A model generated the notes under the pieces. The model saw only the letters and a program-made list of their open reading frames with translations, did no database searches and had not been told where the DNA came from. A DNA stretch of 64,000 nucleotides from Flavobacteriales bacterium (GTDB taxonomy: Bacteria > Bacteroidota > Bacteroidia > Flavobacteriales_E > Vicingaceae), in NCBI GenBank assembly GCA_020635815.1, contig JACJZB010000006.1, positions 40,192 through 104,191 on the forward strand. The letters run 5' to 3'. Shown here piece by piece: positions 41,321-50,891 of the stretch. The position numbers and the translations under genes are program-made. The stretch's first letter is position 1; each line of letters begins with the position of its first letter.

Positions 41321-41365
41321 GGTATATATGTATACATTTGTTATAAATAGGTAGAAAAATAAAAA

Positions 41366-42007
41366 ATGAAGAGGGATATAATAAAAGATATAAAAGAAAA
41401 GAAAATATCTAAAGATAATATGAGAGAGCATCTTGTATTAAAATGTAAGATAACTCCTATTAGTCACATTACTCTACTATCTAACCAAAAAAGAAAATGC
41501 GTTTGTGGACGCAATGTAGGTAGCCATTATTATGTGTTATTTGCCGAATGCAAACAAACCAAAAGACAAATTACATTTAATACTGGTCCTGGATGTGGAA
41601 AAAGTATTATTGAACTCAGCAAAATAGAAAATTTACCATTACTTGATTTACTTAAAGGAGAAAAGAAACTATCGGGAAACAGAAATTCTTATGGGAATGA
41701 ATCAATCGAATACAGTAAAATAGACTTCTCTGATTTTAATAAGGAATTAATGAAAGCAATTGGGATATATTGTGCAAGTAGAGACTGGTACCCAAACTCT
41801 ATTAATAACATTAGCTATTTTACTATCATCAAACCCAATATTGATAACAAAAATGGAGCAAAATGGTTTAATGATAGGCTAATAACTGAAAATACATCTA
41901 TGGCTGAAATTATTTCTAAATTAGAGAAAGAAAATAACCTTAAAAAATTTGAATTCCCTCTTCTTCGAAAATATTTATTGAAAGAATCTAATGAATGTAG
42001 AATATGA
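41366..42007 (+). CDS. Hypothetical protein with putative Zn-binding Cys motif
   Basis: CVCG...GPGCG; ends just before the right TIR hairpin. Confidence 0.65.
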   Translation: MKRDIIKDIKEKKISKDNMREHLVLKCKITPISHITLLSNQKRKCVCGRNVGSHYYVLFAECKQTKRQITFNTGPGCGKSIIELSKIENLPLLDLLKGEKKLSGNRNSYGNESIEYSKIDFSDFNKELMKAIGIYCASRDWYPNSINNISYFTIIKPNIDNKNGAKWFNDRLITENTSMAEIISKLEKENNLKKFEFPLLRKYLLKESNECRI

Positions 42008-42016
42008 TTATTGCAA

Positions 42017-42104
42017 ATACAAAAAAAGCACTTCAAATTTTGAAGTGCTTTTTGGTACTTTAAGCCTTGTAAATAGAGTTACGTGTTAATTGTACATAAT
42101 TCCC
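42017..42104 (-). repeat. Right terminal inverted repeat
   Basis: Reverse complement of the left TIR with 9 mismatches. Confidence 0.93.
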
Positions 42105-42235
42105 AAAATATTTGTAGCCTTTTTTATTTTATTAATTACAAAACTGAGGGCAAACTACCAGTAAAAACAACCTATTTTAAAAAAAATAAAACATTCAAAT
42201 TTTGTATAAAAGTGAAAAGCAATCAAAAATATCGG

Positions 42236-42243
42236 TAAATTTG
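42236..42243 (+). promoter_or_regulatory. Bacteroidota -7 promoter element of rpoD-gap
   Basis: TAAATTTG 33 nt before the ATG. Confidence 0.55.
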
Positions 42244-42276
42244 CGTACCCTATCAGTATTAACATAAACTATCTCT

Positions 42277-43140
42277 ATGAGACAACTAAAAATTACCAAA
42301 TCTATTACCAATCGTGATAGTGCATCTTTGGATAAATATCTACAAGAAATTGGAAGAGAAGAGTTAATAACCGCAGAGGATGAAGTAGAATTAGCCCAGA
42401 AGATAAAACAAGGTGATCAGGTTGCTCTAGAAAAATTAGTGAAAGCAAATTTAAGATTTGTTGTATCTGTTTCTAAACAATATCAAAATCAAGGATTAAC
42501 CCTACCCGATTTAATTAATGAAGGAAATTTAGGATTGATAAAAGCTGCTCAGCGTTTTGATGAAACACGTGGGTTTAAGTTTATTTCTTATGCTGTATGG
42601 TGGATTCGTCAATCTATACTTCAAGCAATAGCTGAACAAGCAAGAATTGTAAGATTACCCTTAAACCAAGTTGGTTCTTTAAACAGGATTAATAAAGCAT
42701 TCTCTCAATTAGAGCAAGAATTCGAAAGAGAACCTTCTCCTTATGAGATTGCTGACATGTTAGAAATTGATAAAGATAAAGTTTCTGAGTCAATGAAAAT
42801 ATCTGGTCGTCACATTTCAGTTGATGCCCCTTTTAGAGATGATGAAGATGGTAACTTATTGGATGTTTTAGCAAACGATAATACACCAAATTCTGACATT
42901 GCTTTAATGAACGAATCATTACAAAAAGAAATAAACCGTTCGTTAGCTACTCTTACTGATAGAGAGCAAGATGTAATTAAATTGTTTTTTGGAATAGGAA
43001 TACAACATCCTCTTTCTTTAGAAGAAATTGGTGAAAAATTTAATTTAACAAGAGAAAGAGTTAGACAAATAAAAGAAAAAGGAATTAGAAGATTAAGACA
43101 TACCTCAAAAAGTAAATTATTAAAAACATATTTAGGATAA
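42277..43140 (+). CDS. rpoD: RNA polymerase sigma factor RpoD/SigA (short Bacteroidota type)
   Basis: [36 protein letters not shown] and TRERVRQI. Confidence 0.92.
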   Translation: MRQLKITKSITNRDSASLDKYLQEIGREELITAEDEVELAQKIKQGDQVALEKLVKANLRFVVSVSKQYQNQGLTLPDLINEGNLGLIKAAQRFDETRGFKFISYAVWWIRQSILQAIAEQARIVRLPLNQVGSLNRINKAFSQLEQEFEREPSPYEIADMLEIDKDKVSESMKISGRHISVDAPFRDDEDGNLLDVLANDNTPNSDIALMNESLQKEINRSLATLTDREQDVIKLFFGIGIQHPLSLEEIGEKFNLTRERVRQIKEKGIRRLRHTSKSKLLKTYLG

Positions 43141-43141
43141 A

Positions 43142-44605
43142 ATGGAAGTGTTAAATCAAAACAAAAACGCTTACGAAGCAAAATTAAATCAATACGTAAG
43201 TGATGAAAAAGCTGCAGTGAGCTTAATTAGTTCTATTGGACATTTAATGTATGAAAAATCGATAGAATTAGTATTATTTAGAAACCCATTAGTTGACATC
43301 AGTATTTCTGAAGTTTTAAAACTTCATAAAAAAGCAAAAACAATTAGCTTTAAACCAGTTGATATTCAAATTACTTGTGAAATTGCAAAAGAACTTATCA
43401 GTTTAGAATTAGCTCCTTCTAAGTTAGATGTTGGTCGTTTAGCAAGTGAATGGGCAAATGAAAAAAACAACTTTTCATCTCTTACTGATTTCTTAAATAA
43501 TAAGTTAGCGAATTTTAAAGAAGATAATGCTCACCAATTAAATCCTAAAGATGTTGTATTGTATGGATTTGGACGTATTGGACGTTTAGCCGCACGTGAA
43601 TTAATAAAACAAGCTGGTAAAGGTCAACAGTTGAGATTAAAAGCAATTGTTACACGTTCTGTTACTAATGACGACATTATTAAAAGAGCTGCTTTGTTAA
43701 GAAATGATTCTGTACATGGATTTTTCTCAGGTACTGTTGAAGAAGATTTAGAAAACAAAGCATTGATTATAAATGGTCAAATTGTAAAAATAATAGAAGC
43801 AAAAAATCCTGAAGATGTAGATTACACTAGTTACGGAATAAATGATGCTTTAATTATTGATAATACAGGTGTTTTTACAAACAAAGAACAACTAGGAAGA
43901 CACTTGCAAGCTAAAGGTGTTAGTAAGGTATTATTAACTGCTCCAGGCAAAGAAATTCCAAATGTAGTTTATGGTATTAATGAAGGAGATTTAGATATTG
44001 AAAATGATAATATTTTCTCTGCTGCATCTTGTACTACTAACGCAATTTCTCCTATTCTTTATACTATAGAAAATACATTAGGAGTAGTAAAAGGACATAT
44101 AGAAACTGTTCATGCTTATACTAACGACCAAAACTTGTTGGATAACATGCACAAAAAACCTAGAAGAGGTCGTTCTGCTGCCATTAACATGGTTATTACT
44201 TCTACTGGTGCTGGTAATGCTGTTACAAAAGTAATTCCTTCTTTAAAAGATAAATTAACAGCAAATGCTGTTAGAGTTCCTACTCCAAACGGTTCTTTAG
44301 CTATTTTAAGCTTAAACGTTGCAAAAGAAACAAACGTTGAAGAATTAAACGAAATTATAAGAAAAGCTGCTCTTGAGGGTGGTTTAGTAAATCAAATTAA
44401 ATACGAAAATGATCCAGAATTAGTATCAAATGATATTATTGGAAATATTTGTTGTTCTGTATATGATAGTAATGCTACAATTGTTTCAAACGACAAGAAA
44501 AACATTGTACTTTATGTTTGGTATGATAATGAATTTGGATATACAAAACAGGTAATTAGATTAGCTAAATATATTGCAAAGGTTAGAAGATTAATTTATT
44601 ACTAA
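43142..44605 (+). CDS. gap: Glyceraldehyde-3-phosphate dehydrogenase (long N-terminal type)
   Basis: GFGRIGR, SAASCTTN and WYDNEFGY. Confidence 0.93.
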   Translation: MEVLNQNKNAYEAKLNQYVSDEKAAVSLISSIGHLMYEKSIELVLFRNPLVDISISEVLKLHKKAKTISFKPVDIQITCEIAKELISLELAPSKLDVGRLASEWANEKNNFSSLTDFLNNKLANFKEDNAHQLNPKDVVLYGFGRIGRLAARELIKQAGKGQQLRLKAIVTRSVTNDDIIKRAALLRNDSVHGFFSGTVEEDLENKALIINGQIVKIIEAKNPEDVDYTSYGINDALIIDNTGVFTNKEQLGRHLQAKGVSKVLLTAPGKEIPNVVYGINEGDLDIENDNIFSAASCTTNAISPILYTIENTLGVVKGHIETVHAYTNDQNLLDNMHKKPRRGRSAAINMVITSTGAGNAVTKVIPSLKDKLTANAVRVPTPNGSLAILSLNVAKETNVEELNEIIRKAALEGGLVNQIKYENDPELVSNDIIGNICCSVYDSNATIVSNDKKNIVLYVWYDNEFGYTKQVIRLAKYIAKVRRLIYY

Positions 44606-44632
44606 TCAAAATATTAGTTTATTAAAAATAAT

Positions 44633-44660
44633 AAAGCTCACTAGAAATAGTGAGCTTTTT
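44633..44660 (+). terminator. Terminator after gap
   Basis: AAAGCTCACTA-GAAA-TAGTGAGCTTTTT. Confidence 0.85.
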
Positions 44661-44673
44661 CTTATACTAAAAT

Positions 44674-45210
44674 ATGAAAGAAGGAAAATCAAAAAACAAT
44701 CGTTTAAACAATATATTAAAAGATTTAAATGGTTCGGATGAAAATAAAATTACCACAGCTATAAAACAGTTGAGAAAACACGGAAACGCTAAAGTTATTG
44801 AACCTCTGCTTGATAAATATATTGAAAGCAAAAATGATATTATTAAAGAAGATATTACCTCCCTTCTTTTTGATTTAAAAGATGAATCAGCTGTTCCTGA
44901 GTTAATAAGCGTAATGTCTAAAGCCAAGTTTATAAAAATAAAACCTTTTATTATTTCCATTTTTTGGCAAGCTGCAATCGACTCAAGCAATCATATAAGT
45001 ATTTTAGTAAAAGAAGCTATTAAAGGAGATTATATGACTTGTGTTGAAGTGTTAACAGTGGTAGAAAGTTATGACGCATCATTTAACGAAGAAGAAATAG
45101 AAGATTTAAAATTTGATTTAGATGAAGCTATTGAAGAAGCTGATATTGAAAAACAAAAATTACTAATAACGATTAAATCAGTTTTAGAAAACCTAAATAT
45201 AGAATACTAG
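44674..45210 (+). CDS. HEAT-repeat-like helical protein
   Basis: Amphipathic helical repeats (AIKQLRKHG...IEPLL; AVPELI). Confidence 0.65.
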   Translation: MKEGKSKNNRLNNILKDLNGSDENKITTAIKQLRKHGNAKVIEPLLDKYIESKNDIIKEDITSLLFDLKDESAVPELISVMSKAKFIKIKPFIISIFWQAAIDSSNHISILVKEAIKGDYMTCVEVLTVVESYDASFNEEEIEDLKFDLDEAIEEADIEKQKLLITIKSVLENLNIEY

Positions 45211-45225
45211 TAATGTGCTAAAAAC

Positions 45226-45259
45226 AAAAACAGCTCTCATATTTGAGAGCTGTTTTTTT
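45226..45259. terminator. Bidirectional terminator
   Basis: AAAAACAGCTCTCA-TATT-TGAGAGCTGTTTTTT. Confidence 0.85.
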
Positions 45260-45282
45260 ATGTGTTTAGAATTTTGAGAAAT

Positions 45283-45957
45283 TTATTCTGATTTTCCTCC
45301 AATTCTAATTCCAATTTTTACTGCTAATCTTAAATCAACAGCTAACTCATTACCAAAGAAAGGAACATAATTGTTTTCGTCAAACTCTTTATATTCAGTT
45401 TTAAATGTACCAAAACCATCTTTTGTACCTTCTTCAAAATCAGCATTGCTGTATTTAACATCATTCATTATGAATTTACCAATACCTGCTGTTACTTCCA
45501 TAAATAAAGCACCACTTGTTTTCCATTTATAACCAGCCATTGCACCTAAAGACATACCTGATGAAGTAATATCAGTCTTTACCTTAGTTTCTGTAGTAGG
45601 AGTTGATATATCATAATAACTATATTCTACTCCTTTAGAAGATGAAGATCTATACTTCCCATAAACACCAATATAAATACCGTCATTCCCTTTATTTGGA
45701 GTCATAAAATATTTATACTCTGGAATAATATTCATTTCAGAATAGTCAATCTCTCCATTCATGTCTTTAGTATCTGACAACATGTTTTTTGCAGCCATAT
45801 TAAAATTAATCCCTACAGAATTATTGCTATTGATTGCATATTCATATCCTAATCCATATTTAGAGAAGGCAAATCCTAAAACATCAGTACTGATATCGTG
45901 TTGTGCTTTAATATTTAATCCGGAAAATAGTAAAGCAGCTATTAGTAGTTTTTTCAT
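45283..45957 (-). CDS. Outer-membrane beta-barrel protein (DUF3575-like)
   Basis: Signal peptide; GLGYEY, PEYKYF and GYKW strands. Confidence 0.7.
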   Translation of the reverse strand: MKKLLIAALLFSGLNIKAQHDISTDVLGFAFSKYGLGYEYAINSNNSVGINFNMAAKNMLSDTKDMNGEIDYSEMNIIPEYKYFMTPNKGNDGIYIGVYGKYRSSSSKGVEYSYYDISTPTTETKVKTDITSSGMSLGAMAGYKWKTSGALFMEVTAGIGKFIMNDVKYSNADFEEGTKDGFGTFKTEYKEFDENNYVPFFGNELAVDLRLAVKIGIRIGGKSE

Positions 45958-45980
45958 AATAATAAATTTAAGTGTTTAAA

Positions 45981-46928
45981 TTACCAAAGAGTTTTATAAG
46001 TAACATTTGCTTTTGGTCCTTTACCATAAGCAACACCTATATCTCTAATTGCTTGAATTCTTTCACTTTCTTGTTGTTGATCTTTAACAATGTACTTCCA
46101 TTCTCTATCATCAATTTGCTTAACTTTTGCTGCAATTTTGTTTGATAAAGTTTTAGCTTGTCCAACACATGATGCGTCAGGATTAATTGAAGCTAAGATA
46201 GCTCCTGCTTTCTCTGCCGCTGCCATATCTTGAGCTGCATTCCAAATACCTGTAGCTTCTTGTAACTTAACCTTACAGTCGTTATCAATTTTAGCCTTAA
46301 ATATTGGTTGTATTGCAGCCATTGCTTTTGTATAGCATTCTTCACAAGCTGTTGGTATGGCTGTTAACATAAAAATAGCTTGATCGTAATCATTTTGGTC
46401 AGCCAAAGATTGAGCTTTCTTGATTATTAAATCACAGTTATCTTTGTAATATTGAATAATTTTCTCTTTACCTGTTTTAACAAATGCTTGTATTTCAGGG
46501 TCTCCTGGTTTTATTTGCTTTAATCCAGCCATAAATGCTTTTGTTTCATTAGTACCAACACCTTTTACAGATATAGTAGTACTTGAAAAAACAGTGCCTT
46601 CAAATCCATCACCTATATATAGAGTTACATCCATATTGTATGCGTGCATTGGTGGTGGTCCAGGGAGAATATCTTTTGAAGCTAAAGATACATTTGCTGA
46701 AATAATAAAACGTGTGTTAAAAGGACTGCCTCCTAACCCATTTTTTGTAACAACTTGAGTTAACTTATTTTCTAAACTTGCTCTAGCTTTTACTGGCATG
46801 TTTTCTATACCTGCAGGTACCCATGCTGTTAAGCTAATTCTATTTTCATCCTTAGAATCTGTTTGAGAAAACCCAACAGTGCTTGCAAAAATGCAAAGAC
46901 CTAAGAATAATTTGCCTAAATTTTTCAT
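45981..46928 (-). CDS. Exported hypothetical protein
   Basis: Signal peptide; alpha/beta N-domain, Cys-containing helical C-domain. Confidence 0.75.
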   Translation of the reverse strand: MKNLGKLFLGLCIFASTVGFSQTDSKDENRISLTAWVPAGIENMPVKARASLENKLTQVVTKNGLGGSPFNTRFIISANVSLASKDILPGPPPMHAYNMDVTLYIGDGFEGTVFSSTTISVKGVGTNETKAFMAGLKQIKPGDPEIQAFVKTGKEKIIQYYKDNCDLIIKKAQSLADQNDYDQAIFMLTAIPTACEECYTKAMAAIQPIFKAKIDNDCKVKLQEATGIWNAAQDMAAAEKAGAILASINPDASCVGQAKTLSNKIAAKVKQIDDREWKYIVKDQQQESERIQAIRDIGVAYGKGPKANVTYKTLW

Positions 46929-46947
46929 AATAATTTATTTTTAGTTA

Positions 46948-47901
46948 TTATTTTTCTCCTAAAATAAGAGTAGCTCTACCTAATCCTTTCATCACTAATT
47001 TACTCTCTATTAATCTTGGATCTTCTTTTAACCATTTTCTTAATCCGCTAGCAAATCTTCTAGCATCTTGAGCTCTTCCTTTTTCATCAAATAAAGGAAT
47101 TCTTACTTGTTCGAATAAAGCCATAGATTCTGTCATGTCAGTAGTACTAAATCTTCCTTTAACTGTATTGGCAGCCATCCAATCTTCTATTAAGATACCT
47201 AATTCATCATCACCATAGTCTTCGCTTTCTAAATCTCCATCCCAAGAATCCCATGTTTGAATTCTAATGATAACCTCACGACCATTAGCAAACATATCAT
47301 CAAAATGAGATTGAAGACTAGCACTAAAGTTATCGATATGAGCAGTTACAGCTTCTTTTAATAATACAGGTACTTCAGCAGAGAAAGAAGGTGCTCCTGT
47401 ACCATTTGCTCCTGCTATTTGCTTGTCTGTATATGCATCTAAACCTTGTAAAATGAATGTAATAGATTTTTTAGGTCCTGTAGTATTTACAGTCCATGTT
47501 AATTGAATAATAATGTCAGCTTTAGCTACTTTTTTCAAGGCATCTATTGGGCTTTCATTAACTTCAGCCCCTGATTCTTTAGATGATCTCATGTTATCTT
47601 CTGCTGCATTAGAAGATAACGTTTTCATTGCAGACTCTAAATTCTTTAGTGGAAAACCTCTCTCAGCCATCATATCATTAATTGATGATATAACTAACAA
47701 GATGTCAGTGTTTTCTTGCATTGCTTTTTTATAATCTGGAATTTTGGTAACTGTTCCATCATTATCAAACTCCATTACATAACCATTCTTAATACACCAT
47801 GCATCAGATGGTACAACCATTAAGGTTGGTTTTTTTGCTTGCCCAAAACTTAAAGTTGTTCCCAAGATAATTAGGCTACAAACTAATAATACTTTTTTCA
47901 T
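46948..47901 (-). CDS. DUF6175-like exported protein
   Basis: AKKPTLMVVPSD.WC, GLDAYTDKQIA and FEQVRIPLF. Confidence 0.72.
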   Translation of the reverse strand: MKKVLLVCSLIILGTTLSFGQAKKPTLMVVPSDAWCIKNGYVMEFDNDGTVTKIPDYKKAMQENTDILLVISSINDMMAERGFPLKNLESAMKTLSSNAAEDNMRSSKESGAEVNESPIDALKKVAKADIIIQLTWTVNTTGPKKSITFILQGLDAYTDKQIAGANGTGAPSFSAEVPVLLKEAVTAHIDNFSASLQSHFDDMFANGREVIIRIQTWDSWDGDLESEDYGDDELGILIEDWMAANTVKGRFSTTDMTESMALFEQVRIPLFDEKGRAQDARRFASGLRKWLKEDPRLIESKLVMKGLGRATLILGEK

Positions 47902-47931
47902 AATTTTTATTTTATAATTTTTAATAGTTGT

Positions 47932-48441
47932 TTATTTACTCATGATTCCGTCCTGAATCATTCGTTCTTTTAATTTAGCTCTCTGTATTCTTATAACAAC
48001 GCCATAAGTTACTTGATCGCCAACTTTCTTCTTTCCTTGCATTACAGATAGGTGCATATCTGACCCATCTTCACCAGTAATAAATTCTTTATAAGGTCCT
48101 CCATCAGCAAAAAAAGCATTAAAGTAATCTTCTTTTTTCTCTCTAATGTTTACTTCAAATAATACTGGTTTTGAATTACATTCTGTTTTCCCACTTCTTA
48201 TTCCTTGAAAAAGGACATCTCTTACACCATTCTTTTTAGCTTGCTCAATAGCATCTTCTCTATTTCTTCCGTTACCCCAAGCTTTTAAAGTTTGAGAACC
48301 ATCTCCTTCAACCCCCATACACTCTGTTTCGTATGTATATGCTCCAGACATGCTTTTTTGTGGGTTTCCACATGAAAATGATAAAACACTTACTACAGCT
48401 ATAGCTAAAAAGCTACCAATTGCTATGTTTAATTTCTTCAT
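47932..48441 (-). CDS. Lipoprotein, paralog of 48460-48990
   Basis: Lipobox FSC; YETEC.G, QAKKN and FFADGG. Confidence 0.75.
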   Translation of the reverse strand: MKKLNIAIGSFLAIAVVSVLSFSCGNPQKSMSGAYTYETECMGVEGDGSQTLKAWGNGRNREDAIEQAKKNGVRDVLFQGIRSGKTECNSKPVLFEVNIREKKEDYFNAFFADGGPYKEFITGEDGSDMHLSVMQGKKKVGDQVTYGVVIRIQRAKLKERMIQDGIMSK

Positions 48442-48459
48442 AATTTATTAATTTAAGTA

Positions 48460-48990
48460 TTAAAATCCTGATGATAATCCTCTCACAATACCTGCTGCTT
48501 CTAAGTCTTTTCTAAGGTTGTCAGACATAACAACAACTACAACTCCAACTTTGTATTTGTATTTTTTTAATTTCACTCCTATAACTTCTGGAGCAGCATC
48601 TCCTGATGTAGATACAAATTTCATGTATTTACCACCATCAGCAAAAAAGTCTTTGAAAAATTCCGCTTTTTCTTGCTCTAATGCAGGGCTATTTGCTAAA
48701 GGTTTTTGCGAAGTACAACCTTGTCCTCCTCCAGCATATCCTTGAAAGATAATACCATGAACTGCATTTTTCTTAGCTTGACCTGTTGCAACTTTTGCAT
48801 TTTTAGAATATGACCATACTTTAATTACTTTAGTACCTGGTTTTCCAATACCAACACATTCTATTTCGTATTTCCATTCTTCAGTATCGTCATTTGCTTT
48901 CTTTTGCTTACTTATTTGTGCTGTTGCTACAAAAGAAAAAGCAAGAAATAATACCGTTAAGACACTTACTTTATTAATCATTGTTTTCAT
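48460..48990 (-). CDS. Exported protein, paralog of 47932-48441
   Basis: YEIEC.G, QAKKN and FFADGG. Confidence 0.75.
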   Translation of the reverse strand: MKTMINKVSVLTVLFLAFSFVATAQISKQKKANDDTEEWKYEIECVGIGKPGTKVIKVWSYSKNAKVATGQAKKNAVHGIIFQGYAGGGQGCTSQKPLANSPALEQEKAEFFKDFFADGGKYMKFVSTSGDAAPEVIGVKLKKYKYKVGVVVVVMSDNLRKDLEAAGIVRGLSSGF

Positions 48991-49028
48991 AGTTATAATT
49001 TATTAATTTATAATTGGTTATTTATTTT

Positions 49029-50405
49029 TTAATTTATTTGTCTGATTAACATACCAGGATAATAGTTTTTACCTCCTTTAAAGATTGTATATTCTAAATC
49101 GTTTTCGGGTTTAATTGGATTACCTTCATCATCTAAAGGTTCTTCTCCTACAGCATATCTATTATCCCAAATATTCTTTTTATCAACAGTAATAACACCT
49201 TTTCTTTTGTAAGAAATTTTACCTTCTGCATCAGCAATTTGCTCTAATACTTCGTATTTATCTCCACCTTCTAATCCTTCTTTCATTCCAATTTTAGCTC
49301 CAATTGGTACACCACTTACTAATGGAGTTTTTGTTCTAAACGGCTCAAATTTTCGTTGAAGTTTAGCATATACTGCATCGATAGATTTTAGTGTTGCATT
49401 TTTAATAATCATATTTTCATCTTGAGCATTTTTACCCATTCCTGAAATAAATGCTGATGCTTTTTGAAATCCTAATAGCTTTAATTGAAATAAATCTGTG
49501 TTATCAAATGCCTCTTTTTTAGCAGGATCGATATTAGCATCATCCATCCATAAAGATTGATAGAACACAGCAGATGTAGAATCATTCCATACTAATTGAT
49601 ATAAATAAGCAGTTGTCCATACAGAATATCCTTCCTTAGCTTTTTCATAAGCTGCTTCTGCTCCTTTTATTGCTATTTTTTGAGCCATGGCTGGTAATTT
49701 CATTGCGGCAGCTTTGGCAACAGCTAATGCTGCTTTGGCCGCAACTTCATTGCTCACAAATTTAGAATAGTTAACTACAACAAATGTGCTAGGTATTAAT
49801 TCTTCTCCAGCATCGGCCAACATAGATGTGCCTCTTTCTGTTCCTGCAGCTGCAGCAGCTGATTGTGCAGAGGCATCATAAAGACCTCTCTCTCCAATCA
49901 AATCCATTTTAAAACCTCCTGCTTCACTCCTATCAAACCATTTTGCAACAATTTTATTTGCTACTTTATTCTTTGCAAAATACTCACTAATTGCTGGGCT
50001 TAAATCTTTATCTTCTTTTTCTGCTTTTTCACCTTCTACAACTGGTTTTTCGATAATGTAATCTTTAATGTTAAATGATTTCTCAGCTATTGAATGATCA
50101 TTATATTTTTCTGGAAAAGGTGCTTCATTAAAAGTAGCTAGTAAAACATCTTTTTTAGGAAGCTTATCATCCTCAATAATCATTGTATGTAGAGAGCTTC
50201 TTCTATATTTTACAGTTTGAGCTTTTTTATCTTCTATTCCAATCTTACCAGAATCTTTTTCAACTTTCTCTTTCTTCTCTTTTTCTTTAGTTTCTTCTTT
50301 CACCTCTGCATCTTGTGCAAATGACACATTTGATAATAATAGTAAAAACACTGGAGCAGCTTTAACAAAATGCTTAACTCCTGTAATTTGTAAATTTAAC
50401 TTCAT
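49029..50405 (-). CDS. Exported hypothetical protein with FlgT-C-like C-terminal beta domain
   Basis: Signal peptide; IGMKEGLEGGDKYEV. Confidence 0.7.
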   Translation of the reverse strand: MKLNLQITGVKHFVKAAPVFLLLLSNVSFAQDAEVKEETKEKEKKEKVEKDSGKIGIEDKKAQTVKYRRSSLHTMIIEDDKLPKKDVLLATFNEAPFPEKYNDHSIAEKSFNIKDYIIEKPVVEGEKAEKEDKDLSPAISEYFAKNKVANKIVAKWFDRSEAGGFKMDLIGERGLYDASAQSAAAAAGTERGTSMLADAGEELIPSTFVVVNYSKFVSNEVAAKAALAVAKAAAMKLPAMAQKIAIKGAEAAYEKAKEGYSVWTTAYLYQLVWNDSTSAVFYQSLWMDDANIDPAKKEAFDNTDLFQLKLLGFQKASAFISGMGKNAQDENMIIKNATLKSIDAVYAKLQRKFEPFRTKTPLVSGVPIGAKIGMKEGLEGGDKYEVLEQIADAEGKISYKRKGVITVDKKNIWDNRYAVGEEPLDDEGNPIKPENDLEYTIFKGGKNYYPGMLIRQIN

Positions 50406-50435
50406 TAATTCTTTTTTTATATTAATAGATTATTT

Positions 50436-50891
50436 CTAATTTGATTCTTGATTTTTTATTTGTTCCAACTGAATTGGAAAATTCTCCTTCGTTGTATTTA
50501 AAGCTTTTGTTGCTGCATTAATTGCTTTAACTGCTTTCATTGAATTTGTTTTAGGTGTGATAGTTTTCGCTTCTTTCATTACATGAGCTGACTGACCTAA
50601 TAATCCTTTCACTTCTTTAGTTTGGCTTTCTAGTTCATTTTTAATTTCCTTAACTTCTCCTACATTCCCTGCTGCATTCGAAAGTTTATCAGTTAATTTA
50701 ATGTTTCTCTCATAAACATCAAAAGAAGAATCCACAAACTTATCTGTAGCTGCATGACCTACAATACCTGGTCGTTTAATGTTTTTTTCTGTTTTAGCTT
50801 TTTTCTCTTCTTTTTGAGCAAAAGAATTAGCCGACACTCCCATAATAAGCAACATAATAAAGGTTGCTTTAAATAATCTTAGTTTATTCAT
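50436..50891 (-). CDS. Exported helical hypothetical protein
   Basis: Signal peptide; helical body; first gene of the operon. Confidence 0.7.
   Translation of the reverse strand: MNKLRLFKATFIMLLIMGVSANSFAQKEEKKAKTEKNIKRPGIVGHAATDKFVDSSFDVYERNIKLTDKLSNAAGNVGEVKEIKNELESQTKEVKGLLGQSAHVMKEAKTITPKTNSMKAVKAINAATKALNTTKENFPIQLEQIKNQESN

Larger units (their letters stand above)
25008..42104. mobile_element. 17.1-kb IS1595-family transposon with two transposases and cargo
   Basis: 88-bp TIRs (79/88 identical, first 26 perfect) starting GGGAATTAT; 8-bp TSD AAAATATT at 25000-25007 and 42105-42112; two IS1595 transposases inside. Confidence 0.9.

Noticed and set aside
25008-42104. Prophage, ICE or integron interpretation of the island
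   Set aside because: No integrase, structural, conjugation or attC features; TIRs plus an 8-bp TSD indicate DDE transposition
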